Positions 1-9,028 of a stretch of DNA of 64,000 nucleotides are shown in pieces. The notes beneath the pieces were generated by a model. The model searched no databases. It saw nothing but the letters and a program-made list of their open reading frames with translations, and was not told where the DNA came from. Each line of letters opens with the position of its first letter. The first letter of the stretch is position 1. The translations under genes were made by a program, and so were the position numbers. This DNA is from an uncultured archaeon (GTDB lineage Archaea > Asgardarchaeota > Thorarchaeia > Thorarchaeales > Thorarchaeaceae): the NCBI GenBank assembly GCA_964473825.1, contig CAYYQL010000004.1, positions 85,127-149,126 on the forward strand, given 5' to 3'.

Positions 1-47
1 GAAGAGTCTTAAACTGCTTTCCTAAGATTCGGCTCCAGGTAACTGCG

Positions 48-731
48 ATGTTGAAGGGTGCAGTCTTCGATCTTGATGGTACCATTACTGTTCTCGAACT
101 TCCACTAGATGCAATGAGGGAAGATGCTAAGACCTATTTCGTATCACGGGGACTGCCGCCAGGGATTCTGGAACCCGCAGATGGCATCTCCAGTTCTACG
201 CTGAAAGCCAAGAGATACTTCAGAGAACATGGAGCATCTGAAGAAGAGTGGGGAGACATGATGCGTGAACTTGATGACGTCCTAAACCAGCATGAGGGCG
301 ACGCTGCACGTGATGTTCGCGTTATCGAAGGCGCCTTTGATGCGGTCGAGAGGGTGAGATCAATGGGACTGAAGACAGCCATCCTTACAAACAATGGCCG
401 CCATGCAGTTGATATTGTGTTGAAGAACATCCCTCTCAATCATTACTTCGATGTGATTCAGACACGAAATGAGTCCCCCAATCCCAAGCCCTATCCAGAT
501 GGCATACTCTTGGTAATTGAGAGACTTGGGCTGTCTCTTGACGAAGCAATATACATCGGAGATGCAAGGATAGATGGAGCCGCTGCAGAAAAGGCCGGTA
601 TTGAGTTCTGGGGTGTCACCACAGGAGAAACAGACGCAGACGAGCTCTATGCGACTGGAGCCAGTCGAGTGTTTCAATCGTTGAGTGACATTCCCGATGC
701 AATCAAGGAGCGAAACAAACCGCGCCGCTGA
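48..731 (+). CDS. HAD-superfamily hydrolase (phosphoglycolate phosphatase-like)
   Basis: Motif I FDLDGT, motif II LTNN, KPYPD, motif IV YIGDARID. Confidence 0.85.
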   Translation: MLKGAVFDLDGTITVLELPLDAMREDAKTYFVSRGLPPGILEPADGISSSTLKAKRYFREHGASEEEWGDMMRELDDVLNQHEGDAARDVRVIEGAFDAVERVRSMGLKTAILTNNGRHAVDIVLKNIPLNHYFDVIQTRNESPNPKPYPDGILLVIERLGLSLDEAIYIGDARIDGAAAEKAGIEFWGVTTGETDADELYATGASRVFQSLSDIPDAIKERNKPRR

Positions 732-873
732 TGGCCATTTGTTAAGATTCAATACCCCTTAACTGTACAGTTTTTTGGTTATCCGCTGTTTCATATTCTG
801 TTTCCTTTCGAATCTTGATATCTCTCAGTTTTGACGTCAGGTTCTCAGTCAAATCGTCGTCTAGGAGTCGCCT

Positions 874-1407
874 ATGAAGGGGCTTCCTTTCGGTCCTGAT
901 TGCGGTCAGTTATATGCCTTAGATATATCCTATTCAAATATGTCAGGACTTGCTCCCATGTCTAGGACATACTTTGATAGCTCAGAGGAAAATGAAACAA
1001 TGATGATTGATGAAGGCATGTACCTTGTGCTTAGATCTGCTGCGGGGGCCTTTATCTGTCGATCACCACCTCTTCCCAAGTACTGGAATGGTATTGACAG
1101 GCCGCATGTTGCAGTCCTGGTCCCTTCAGATGACCACGTGTTTCGGGTCTATCTCTCTTCTCCCTCTTCCGATATTGAAAGCGATGGCGGCTTTCACATC
1201 TTTGAGCTTGACGCGCTTCCGAACGAATCAATCATTGAGATTCGTCACGATGCTGTTGAGTATAGCTATTATAGGAAAGAGAACGAGGGGGCATGGACCA
1301 AAGTCGCTGAGGCACAGAACCCATTTCTTGTTGAGGTCTTCTCATATGGCCTCAGTCCGATTGTCATGAATATGTCTGAGCAGTTCAGTTTCACCTATTC
1401 GGACTGA
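874..1407 (+). CDS. hypothetical protein (true start possibly near 1000)
   Basis: 177-aa ORF with protein-like composition and no recognised motif; followed by a hairpin. Confidence 0.45.
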   Translation: MKGLPFGPDCGQLYALDISYSNMSGLAPMSRTYFDSSEENETMMIDEGMYLVLRSAAGAFICRSPPLPKYWNGIDRPHVAVLVPSDDHVFRVYLSSPSSDIESDGGFHIFELDALPNESIIEIRHDAVEYSYYRKENEGAWTKVAEAQNPFLVEVFSYGLSPIVMNMSEQFSFTYSD

Positions 1408-1436
1408 GAAATCCTGACTGGCATGTAACTCGCAGT

Positions 1437-1457
1437 GGTTAGGAGGGACCTCTAACC
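1437..1457 (+). terminator. stem-loop after hypothetical gene
   Basis: GGTTAG(G)AGG-GA-CCTCTAACC inverted repeat 30 nt after the stop codon. Confidence 0.3.
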
Positions 1458-2024
1458 GGTGATGCAATAATCAAGTTGAGATGCGATTGAAGGTGCGAGG
1501 AGACCCCGAAAAGCAATGTTTCGCTCGTGGTTCTTTGAGGAGGAGAGGAGATCTGCACCTAACATGCAACCGGGTCTGGGAGCACTCACCAGTCAATCGC
1601 ACGAGTAGTGCTGGGGCCTCCTCAGCACACTTTCAACTGTTTAGATATCCTCGCAAGATAAGATGATTGTGATACTTTCAATATTGTACCACCAGAACCT
1701 TGATGACTGCAGTGCTGAGCCAATAGAGTCTGTCCGAGCTTTAGTTAAAAGAAAAGAATCCCATGCATCTTTGAAGTGTTCGGGGGTTCACATCTCGTAG
1801 CAATCTTCTCTCCTCCTCCTTCCAGCGTTCTTTGAAAGCCCCCGGCCACTCGTCTTTTTCCGTTCTCTTTCAATCCCAAAGCAGCCGTCTAGTGTCATTT
1901 CTATGTCTCTGTAGTATTGAAATCAACGATTCCTGGCTTCTGGTCTTGATTGATCGAGCGGACACGCAGAGGAGCAGAATAGATTAGATACACTTATATT
2001 ATATGATGTACTATTATCTCTTGT

Positions 2025-2118
2025 TGGGGACCTCCCGCAAACAACCGCTATAACTCTCTCTCATCTGACGTCTGCACCCTCCCGGCGACTCATTGTCGGT
2101 CCCCACTCCTCTTTTCTT
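2025..2118 (+). ncRNA. candidate small RNA with terminal stem
   Basis: TATA-like TTATATTA at ~1994-2001; 8-bp terminal stem TGGGGACC(2025-2032)/GGTCCCCA(2098-2105); followed by a pyrimidine/T tract. Confidence 0.3.
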
Positions 2119-2170
2119 GCCGACAAGGTTTATAGGAGTAGGATTGCCGCGTTGAGTTGGAGACAAACGA

Positions 2171-2473
2171 ATGTCGTCGGCGAAGAAGGCTATCGATAGC
2201 ACAGTCAAGAGAATTCTCCTCTATACCGCGGAGATAATAATGTCCGTCATTCTCTTAGTGATAATCTGTCTGCCACTTGCCTTTGTGGTACCAATGTGGA
2301 TTCAACAGATAGCATTGGAAGTTCCAGCCTCGAACCTTGCGGTGAATCCTGTGTCATGGTTTGGAATCACTGGAGCTGTTGTTATCACCTGCTTACTGGC
2401 GATTGCTGGAGCTTTGGTTGCAATCGTATACACACAGCGTTTCCTTGCGTCTGATGCATCTGAAGAAAAATAG
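2171..2473 (+). CDS. small two-TM membrane protein
   Basis: Two long hydrophobic segments; upstream TTTATA box. Confidence 0.65.
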   Translation: MSSAKKAIDSTVKRILLYTAEIIMSVILLVIICLPLAFVVPMWIQQIALEVPASNLAVNPVSWFGITGAVVITCLLAIAGALVAIVYTQRFLASDASEEK

Positions 2474-2564
2474 TTGATTTGCGCGCATTTACTATTAGCT
2501 AGTCAGCCGAGATGGCATATGCTGGATTTCACCACGCAATGTTAAATACTTCTAGTCCTTTGAT

Positions 2565-3434
2565 TTGACGAAGTGGAAGCTCTTGGATATAGCACAGAAA
2601 ACGCGCTACTGGCAGATTGGGAATCTACTCTCACCGCTCTTTCTCGGTGTTCTTGGTGCTTTGTTGAGTATTCCCGCGGGCGACGTCGGAAATGTGTTCT
2701 CCACATCGGATTATCCTAAGTTGCTCTCTCCTGCGCCACTCACTTTTGCCATTTGGGGTCCGATCTTTATCTTCTTGGCCCTGTTCTACTTCTATCAGGC
2801 CAAGGGGGTTGTTTCAGGCGAAACACCAGAGGACGTTGTAAAGGTTGTTCAGAGCGTGGGGCCTTTCTTCATTCTGTCATCTGCGGCGACTACAGCATGG
2901 TATGTGCTTTGGCTGTATCAAATCATCTGGGCATCAGTGGTTTCCATGTTTCTCTATCTGGTCTTCATTCTCGGGGCATACCTGAGTCTTGGTATCAACA
3001 GAAGAGATAGGCCGTTTCGGGAGCACCTCTTCGTCACAGTTGGCTGGAGCATGTACGCAGGATGGGTTACCGTTGCGGCAATAGTAAATGCAACCACTGG
3101 GTTAGTGGCTGCTGGTTTCACAGGACCAGTCATCGGAGAGGTCGGTTGGACGACCTTGGTTCTCCTGATGGCTCTTGGGATCTATCTGCTGGTTCTGTTC
3201 ACGCGGAACGATTTTGTCTATGCAGGGGTGGGGGTCTGGGCCCTTGTCGGTTCTCTGATCACTTGGACAACACCAAGTGCTATTCCAAATGTGACGCTCG
3301 CATCAGTCGCACTTGTGGGAATAGTGGCATTGGTGGTAGCAATGGCGTATCGTTTCTACTCGATGTCAAAGAGCGGCCAACTGAAGATTCTCCAGAAGTT
3401 TGGCCTCCATAGGTCAGAAGAACCCAGAATGTAA
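2565..3434 (+). CDS. polytopic membrane protein, TspO/tryptophan-rich sensory-like
   Basis: About 8 TM segments; PAPLTFAIWGPIF and YAGWVTVA motifs. Confidence 0.65.
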   Translation: MTKWKLLDIAQKTRYWQIGNLLSPLFLGVLGALLSIPAGDVGNVFSTSDYPKLLSPAPLTFAIWGPIFIFLALFYFYQAKGVVSGETPEDVVKVVQSVGPFFILSSAATTAWYVLWLYQIIWASVVSMFLYLVFILGAYLSLGINRRDRPFREHLFVTVGWSMYAGWVTVAAIVNATTGLVAAGFTGPVIGEVGWTTLVLLMALGIYLLVLFTRNDFVYAGVGVWALVGSLITWTTPSAIPNVTLASVALVGIVALVVAMAYRFYSMSKSGQLKILQKFGLHRSEEPRM

Positions 3435-3442
3435 GTCTTGGA

Positions 3443-4252
3443 TCACTTGATGCCGGTCTTCTGGGCTATATTTTCGACCAGCTTCTCGAACTCTTTGGCT
3501 GCCTTTGATTCGGAATCACTTATGACAAAGGGGGTTCCCTCGTCACTAAGCTTGACTATTCGTGGGTCCAGCGGGAGGGTACCGAGTACGTCTACTCCGT
3601 ACTCTTCAGAGGCCTTCTTTGGACCGCCGCTTCCGAAGATATTGTACGATTCACCACAGTTTGGGCATATGAATTCAGACATATTCTCGACAATTCCGAG
3701 TATCGGCACTTCCATCTTGTTCACGAGTCGAATTGCTCGTCGGGCATCGAGAATGGCTACATCTTGAGGCGTACTCACAATGATGACGCCATCGATGTCG
3801 GGAATCGTTTGCAAAATACTGAGTATCTCATCCCCCGTTCCTGGAGGCAGGTCTACCACAAGAACATCAAGCTTGCCCCACTTGACGTTTCCTAGGAATT
3901 GACTTATTGCTTTTGCGACCAAAGGGCCTCTCCAAGCAACTGCATCGTCCGTGTTGCGGAGTAGGAACGCCATGCTCATGACTTTTGTTCCCAGAGGACC
4001 AATGATTGGATTTATCATCTCTCCCTCTGCAGTTGGATGTTGCCCTTCTAGGCCCAGTAGTTTCGGCACATTTGGACCGTAGATGTCTACATCTAAGACA
4101 CCTGCCTTGAGGTCCTGATTGGCGAAGGATATAGCGAGGTTCGTAGCTACTGTTGTCTTACCCACTCCACCTTTTCCTGAGAGTACAACAATCTTATGCT
4201 TGATATCTTTCATTGCCTCGATGACTTCTGGGGGAATCATTGGCTTGGACAC
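3443..4252 (-). CDS. Mrp/NBP35 family Fe-S cluster carrier ATPase
   Basis: SGKGGVGKT, DVDIYGPN, WRGP, DLPPGTGD, ENMS..CPNC. Confidence 0.95.
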   Translation of the reverse strand: MSKPMIPPEVIEAMKDIKHKIVVLSGKGGVGKTTVATNLAISFANQDLKAGVLDVDIYGPNVPKLLGLEGQHPTAEGEMINPIIGPLGTKVMSMAFLLRNTDDAVAWRGPLVAKAISQFLGNVKWGKLDVLVVDLPPGTGDEILSILQTIPDIDGVIIVSTPQDVAILDARRAIRLVNKMEVPILGIVENMSEFICPNCGESYNIFGSGGPKKASEEYGVDVLGTLPLDPRIVKLSDEGTPFVISDSESKAAKEFEKLVENIAQKTGIK

Positions 4253-4287
4253 TGATTATTCCTCGAAGTGAATCGAACGGATTCAGG

Positions 4288-5118
4288 TTATAAATCGTTA
4301 GATGTAGCTAAGTTACGAAATCGCGACAGTATGTCTTCTGCCAGTTTTGCATTGGATGCAGCAACAAAGCTCATTGTTTCTGACATGTCAATTGGGAGGA
4401 CAAGTTTCTGTCCATTCACCCCCATGACATATCCCCCAGCTTCTTCTACTATATGCGTTCCCGAAACATGGACAATAGGCAGGATGCCTCGAAGATCTAT
4501 CATCGCGTCAAGACCTCCGCTTGCCACCCAACACAGGTCCAGTAGATTGCTGGCAGTCCGACGAATGTCATGAACAGCGTGGATTGCTCTCATGGACTTC
4601 TGAAGAAACTCCTGATTCTGCGAATCATTGGTGTCAAAAGAGATGATTGTTTCCCTCATCGGGGCAGGTCTTCTGACTGATACAGAATTTCCGTTGCGTT
4701 TCACACCCATCCCCCTCATGGCAGTGTATGTTTCATCCGTAAATAACGAGATGATAATACTATGTTCTATGTCTTGGGTGGATGGTGTTTCACTATAGGG
4801 CAGAGTTGTTATGCCCACACAGCAGAGGGGTATACCACGTTCAAGGTTCGCTGACCCATCGATTGGGTCAACTATCGCAATGTAATCTGGCCTCTCCGCA
4901 AGGAAGATTTCTCCTTGCTCCTCTGTTAGGACCAAGAACGACTCACCGGAGTCAGCGAGTTTCTCGATAATTGTTTCCTCACACATTTTATCCAGCACTA
5001 GGGTCTTATCACCGAAGGGATTCGTTGTTCCTGTCAGTTCATCTGCTCGGTTGAGATTGCTGAGAACGAGCTCCTTGGCGCTTTCAGCAGCTTTGCTCAA
5101 TATTTTCTCCATGTTCAT
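4288..5118 (-). CDS. inositol monophosphatase / fructose-1,6-bisphosphatase family
   Basis: LTEE, VDPIDGSAN, LDLCWVASG motifs. Confidence 0.9.
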   Translation of the reverse strand: MNMEKILSKAAESAKELVLSNLNRADELTGTTNPFGDKTLVLDKMCEETIIEKLADSGESFLVLTEEQGEIFLAERPDYIAIVDPIDGSANLERGIPLCCVGITTLPYSETPSTQDIEHSIIISLFTDETYTAMRGMGVKRNGNSVSVRRPAPMRETIISFDTNDSQNQEFLQKSMRAIHAVHDIRRTASNLLDLCWVASGGLDAMIDLRGILPIVHVSGTHIVEEAGGYVMGVNGQKLVLPIDMSETMSFVAASNAKLAEDILSRFRNLATSNDL

Positions 5119-5234
5119 TTTGTGGTCTCCTTGTTCGTCAAGAGTATTGCTGCATCAAGTCCTGCAGCATCTTGCAATTGTTTAAATGCTTCAGATACCG
5201 ACATCTCCTTGTAAGGGCTAACCCGGTGGATGAA

Positions 5235-5897
5235 ATGGGCTTTCTGAGCGGCAAGAAAAAGGTTGACACTGAACGTGGGATGTTAGAGATCAAGGGCACT
5301 ATGAATGCCATGACTCTCAGAATCAGGCGCCTTGAAACAAGAATGGCTGAGGAACAGAAGGCTGCCAAGGAGGCTATGGCACGTGGAGAGAGAACTATCG
5401 CTCGTTCTCATCTCAGTATAGTGGTTGACCTCGAAAACAGGAAATCGAGATATCAACAGCAGTATCTTACTCTTGAAACGGCTTTGCTTAACATTGAGGA
5501 GGCAAAAGACCAGGCTGAAGTCCTCAAGGCATTTAGCATCGCCAATGAAGCACTAGCAGACGCGCGAAAGCTATTGAGTCCCACAGAAATCCAGATGCAG
5601 CTTGACAAATTATCGGAGTCTTTTGAACACATCTCCGTCGCCGGTGATCTTCTCTCGGAAGACCTCAGTTCAACTGGCTCTACCATCGAGGATGATGAGA
5701 AGATTGATCGCCAGCTGGATGCTATGGAAGCAGAGATATTGCTGGAGAAGGAGGGTGTCCTACCCCCTCTTGAAATCAAAGATGGCAAGGTGGAAACGGC
5801 TGTCGAGGGAGATCGTGAAGAGAAGCGCATCGATGAGCTTCTTGCCGACCTAGAGCGAGAAGCTAAGGAAGAGCGAGAGAGAGAGGCACAGAGTTAA
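5235..5897 (+). CDS. ESCRT-III Snf7-family protein (Vps20/32/60-like)
   Basis: Start re-assigned to ATG 5235 (MGFLSGKKK); basic helical-hairpin N-half and acidic C-half; AKEAMARGERTIARSHL..K.R pattern; C-terminal MIM-like helix IDELLADLE. Confidence 0.8.
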   Translation: MGFLSGKKKVDTERGMLEIKGTMNAMTLRIRRLETRMAEEQKAAKEAMARGERTIARSHLSIVVDLENRKSRYQQQYLTLETALLNIEEAKDQAEVLKAFSIANEALADARKLLSPTEIQMQLDKLSESFEHISVAGDLLSEDLSSTGSTIEDDEKIDRQLDAMEAEILLEKEGVLPPLEIKDGKVETAVEGDREEKRIDELLADLEREAKEEREREAQS

Positions 5898-5928
5898 CCC
5901 CCGTTTCACATTATATTGTTATCCGAAC

Positions 5929-6582
5929 GTGATATTCATGACTTACGATCTTGTAGTGTTCGATGTAGACGGCACCTTGACAAAACATAACAGCATCTGG
6001 TGGCGGCTGCACGAAGTATTCGAAACCACGGAAGAAGGAAAGGAGTTCTACGATCAGTTCTTCGCAGGGGAGATTAGCTATCAAGAGTGGGCAGATCTAG
6101 ATGCAGGGCTGTGGAGGGGTCGCAGTGTAGAGGAGATAATGGCCATTGTACATACAACTGAACTGGTCCCCGGTGCTGTGGAGACCATCGCCGAGATTCG
6201 TAATCGAGGCTTGGAGGTAGCGATTCTCTCTGGCGGAATCAATTTCCTTGCAGATGATATCGCTCGACGTGTCAACATAAGTTACGTGCTAACAAATGAA
6301 CTGGAGTCCAAAAACGGTATCTTAACGGGCAGAGTCAGAGTACGAGTTGGATGGGGCGAGAAAGTCGAAGAGATCAAGGAGATTCTCGACCACTTTGAAA
6401 CCGGTTTTGAGCGGACCATATTCGTAGGCGACGGGCGCAATGATGTCAGCGTTCTGAAAAAGGTAGGCCTAGCCATCGCTTTCAGGCCGGAGCATCCGGA
6501 GGTAGAACGTTCTGCCGATATTGTTGTCAATGAAGAGGATCTCCGGGCGATATTGCCTCATATACCTCCAAGACCAAACTGA
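5929..6582 (+). CDS. serB: phosphoserine phosphatase-like HAD hydrolase
   Basis: FDVDGTL, ILSGG, EK, VGDGRND. Confidence 0.75.
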   Translation: MIFMTYDLVVFDVDGTLTKHNSIWWRLHEVFETTEEGKEFYDQFFAGEISYQEWADLDAGLWRGRSVEEIMAIVHTTELVPGAVETIAEIRNRGLEVAILSGGINFLADDIARRVNISYVLTNELESKNGILTGRVRVRVGWGEKVEEIKEILDHFETGFERTIFVGDGRNDVSVLKKVGLAIAFRPEHPEVERSADIVVNEEDLRAILPHIPPRPN

Positions 6583-6609
6583 TTTGAGCTCCCCATCTTT
6601 CCATCTAAG

Positions 6610-7755
6610 CTACGTGTACCGGAGATTGGTTCCTGTGTTCAACAGGACTACTTCTTCATCAAAGTCTATGTCGCCAGCCTCCACAAGATTTCGGAGTCCT
6701 GCTAAGCCAACTGCTGCTTCTGGTCCCATCATAATGCCCTCCATTCTTGCGACCATGACCTGAGTCGGTCGAATCTCATTCTCAGCGACAGCGACGGCGG
6801 AACCACCCGATCGCCTTATGGCACTCAGTATCAGTCTTCCGGCAAATGGGTTTGGAACACGAAGACCCAATGCTTCTGTGCGAGGGTTCTTCCAAGGCTC
6901 CAGTGTATCCAATCCCTTTTCGATAGATCGAACTATGGGGGCGCAATTCTCAGTCTGTGCGGCATATAACTTGGGTCGCTCACTCCCAATAGCTCCAATG
7001 CCCTCAAGCTCGTCTAGGGCCTTCCATATTCCTATCAAGGCAGTACCTCCACCAGTTGGACAGATTATTGCATCAGGAACTTCCCAGTTCAACTGCTCAA
7101 TTATCTCAAATCCTATCGTTTTCTTTCCTTCAACCCGATAGGGTTCTTTTGTTGTGGATAGGTCTATCCAGTCTCCCTTTGTCGCTGTCATCCTCATGGC
7201 TGCGTCTGAGATTGTACCTTCGACGCGATGAGTCAACGCTCCGTACATCTCGCAATCCCTGAAGAAGGGCTCCGGCGTGTCATCTGGCATGAATATGGAA
7301 GCCTTTGCCCCCGCTGCAGCACAGTAGGCCGATGTTGATACCGCCGCATTCCCTGCTGAGGGAAGAGCGAAGCTCCTTGCGCCAAGTTCGAGATGCTTCG
7401 ATATCGCGCTACAAAGACCACGGTCCTTGAAGGACCCCGTCGGATTCAGAGTTTCATTCTTGATACGGAGCAATCGAAGCCCAACTCTCTGTCCAAGCCT
7501 TCGAGCAGTCAACATCGGTGTCCAGCCCTCTCCCAGACTCACTACGAATGAGAGTGACTTCACCGGGAGTAATTGAGAATACCGCCACATGCTATTGATA
7601 TCTGTCGGGAATCCTCCACATCTGAAGGCATCACGGACTCCACCAAGATTATAGGTCGCCATTAGAGGCGAACCACAAATGCAGTGGTCCGCAGGTCTAT
7701 CTGCCGAGTACTTCGTTGCGCACTCGGGACATTCGAGATGAGTTATGTTTGACAT
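6610..7755 (-). CDS. thrC: threonine synthase-like PLP enzyme
   Basis: N-terminal CxxC..CxC; SLGEGWTP, NPTGSFKDRG, SAGNA, PTGGG. Confidence 0.85.
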   Translation of the reverse strand: MSNITHLECPECATKYSADRPADHCICGSPLMATYNLGGVRDAFRCGGFPTDINSMWRYSQLLPVKSLSFVVSLGEGWTPMLTARRLGQRVGLRLLRIKNETLNPTGSFKDRGLCSAISKHLELGARSFALPSAGNAAVSTSAYCAAAGAKASIFMPDDTPEPFFRDCEMYGALTHRVEGTISDAAMRMTATKGDWIDLSTTKEPYRVEGKKTIGFEIIEQLNWEVPDAIICPTGGGTALIGIWKALDELEGIGAIGSERPKLYAAQTENCAPIVRSIEKGLDTLEPWKNPRTEALGLRVPNPFAGRLILSAIRRSGGSAVAVAENEIRPTQVMVARMEGIMMGPEAAVGLAGLRNLVEAGDIDFDEEVVLLNTGTNLRYT

Positions 7756-7837
7756 CAAAGAGGGCACTCACATTTTTACATTCAAGCACAGACTTATTTG
7801 TCTATACGATTTCATTTTGAAGATGGAGGACTTTTCC

Positions 7838-9028
7838 TTGAGCGGTCTGGAACAACGTGTAATGCCTTTCACGGCATTTGTTGGTCTTGAGCAGCTCAAG
7901 CTTGCATTGATTCTCAATGGGGTTAATCCTCGTATAGGCGGTGTGCTGGTTTCTGGACCTAAAGGAACTGGCAAGACCACCATCGTCAGGGCTTTCGCAT
8001 CTCTTCTACCGGAGGTTGAGGTTGTGAAGGGTTGCCGATTTGGGTGCAATCCGCACCGCGATGCTGTACTCTGTGCTGAGTGTGAGGCGCGCCTTGAACG
8101 AGGCGAAGATCTTGCGACCGTCGAGCGAAAGATGCGGGTTGTCAACCTGCCATTATCCACAACTGAGGACCGTCTGATCGGTGCTCTTGATATCGAGCAG
8201 GTGTTGCAGGAAGGCATTCAAGCACTAAAGCCCGGGATTCTGGCGGAGGCCAATCAGAATGTTCTGTACGTGGATGAAGTCAATCTCCTTCCTGACCACC
8301 TTGTTGATGATCTACTGGATGCAGCAGCTACCAAGGTGAACGTCATAGAGCGAGAAGGCATTTCTGTCCGTCACGCCTCAGATTTCATTCTTATCGGAAC
8401 GATGAATCCTGAGGAGGGTGAGCTAAGACCTCAGCTTCTCGACCGGTTTCCATTGCATGTGTCCGTTGGAGGTTCGCACACGATTGAAGGCAGGATGGCT
8501 CTTGTCAGAAGGAATCTGGAATTCGAGCGTGATCCGGATGCATTTGCCAAACAATGGCAGGATGAACAAGAATCCCTGCGAGAGAGGATAATGACGGCAA
8601 GAAGGATCCTTTCTGATGTTCAACTCCCCGAGAGCAACCTAAGAGCAATTGCCATGGCATGTGACGCATTGGAGGTTGACGGTGTTCGTCCAGATATCAT
8701 CATCAGCAAAGCCGCCATCACTAATGCGGCGTTTGAGGGCCGTATAGAAGTAAATGTGCATGATATGCAGCTTGCTGCACAGCTAGCACTGAGTCATAGA
8801 ACTCGGCGTGGAGGTCTTCTAGAGCCTTCTTCACCTGATGATATCGATCTTGCCATAACGAAGGCGGCCAAAGTGGCAGAAGCGAGTGATAACCGAAAGT
8901 CACCTACGGAGGTTCCGGCATCCGGGGAGGAAACTGAACGTAGAATGAGTGGCGGCAAGTTTGGTCGGGGTTCGAGGTATGCCGAGAGCGGTTTATCAGA
9001 TGGCAAAAAAAAACTCCGAAGAAAGTGA
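7838..9028 (+). CDS. chlI: ChlI/BchI-type chelatase AAA+ ATPase
   Basis: GPKGTGKT, LYVDEVNLL, GTMNPEEGELRPQLLDRF; TTG start 7 nt after GGAGGA. Confidence 0.9.
   Translation: MSGLEQRVMPFTAFVGLEQLKLALILNGVNPRIGGVLVSGPKGTGKTTIVRAFASLLPEVEVVKGCRFGCNPHRDAVLCAECEARLERGEDLATVERKMRVVNLPLSTTEDRLIGALDIEQVLQEGIQALKPGILAEANQNVLYVDEVNLLPDHLVDDLLDAAATKVNVIEREGISVRHASDFILIGTMNPEEGELRPQLLDRFPLHVSVGGSHTIEGRMALVRRNLEFERDPDAFAKQWQDEQESLRERIMTARRILSDVQLPESNLRAIAMACDALEVDGVRPDIIISKAAITNAAFEGRIEVNVHDMQLAAQLALSHRTRRGGLLEPSSPDDIDLAITKAAKVAEASDNRKSPTEVPASGEETERRMSGGKFGRGSRYAESGLSDGKKKLRRK
9005..9013 (+). promoter_or_regulatory. candidate -1 frameshift/slippage site (A9)
   Basis: GGC AAA AAA AAA CTC; the -1 frame is open from 8944 straight into the VWA ORF. 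Confidence 0.65.

Noticed and set aside
1537-1820. Inverted GA-rich match (GAGGAGGAGAGGAGAT vs ATCTTCTCTCCTCCTC) as MITE ends
   Set aside because: Low-complexity sequence, no target-site duplication and no transposase nearby.
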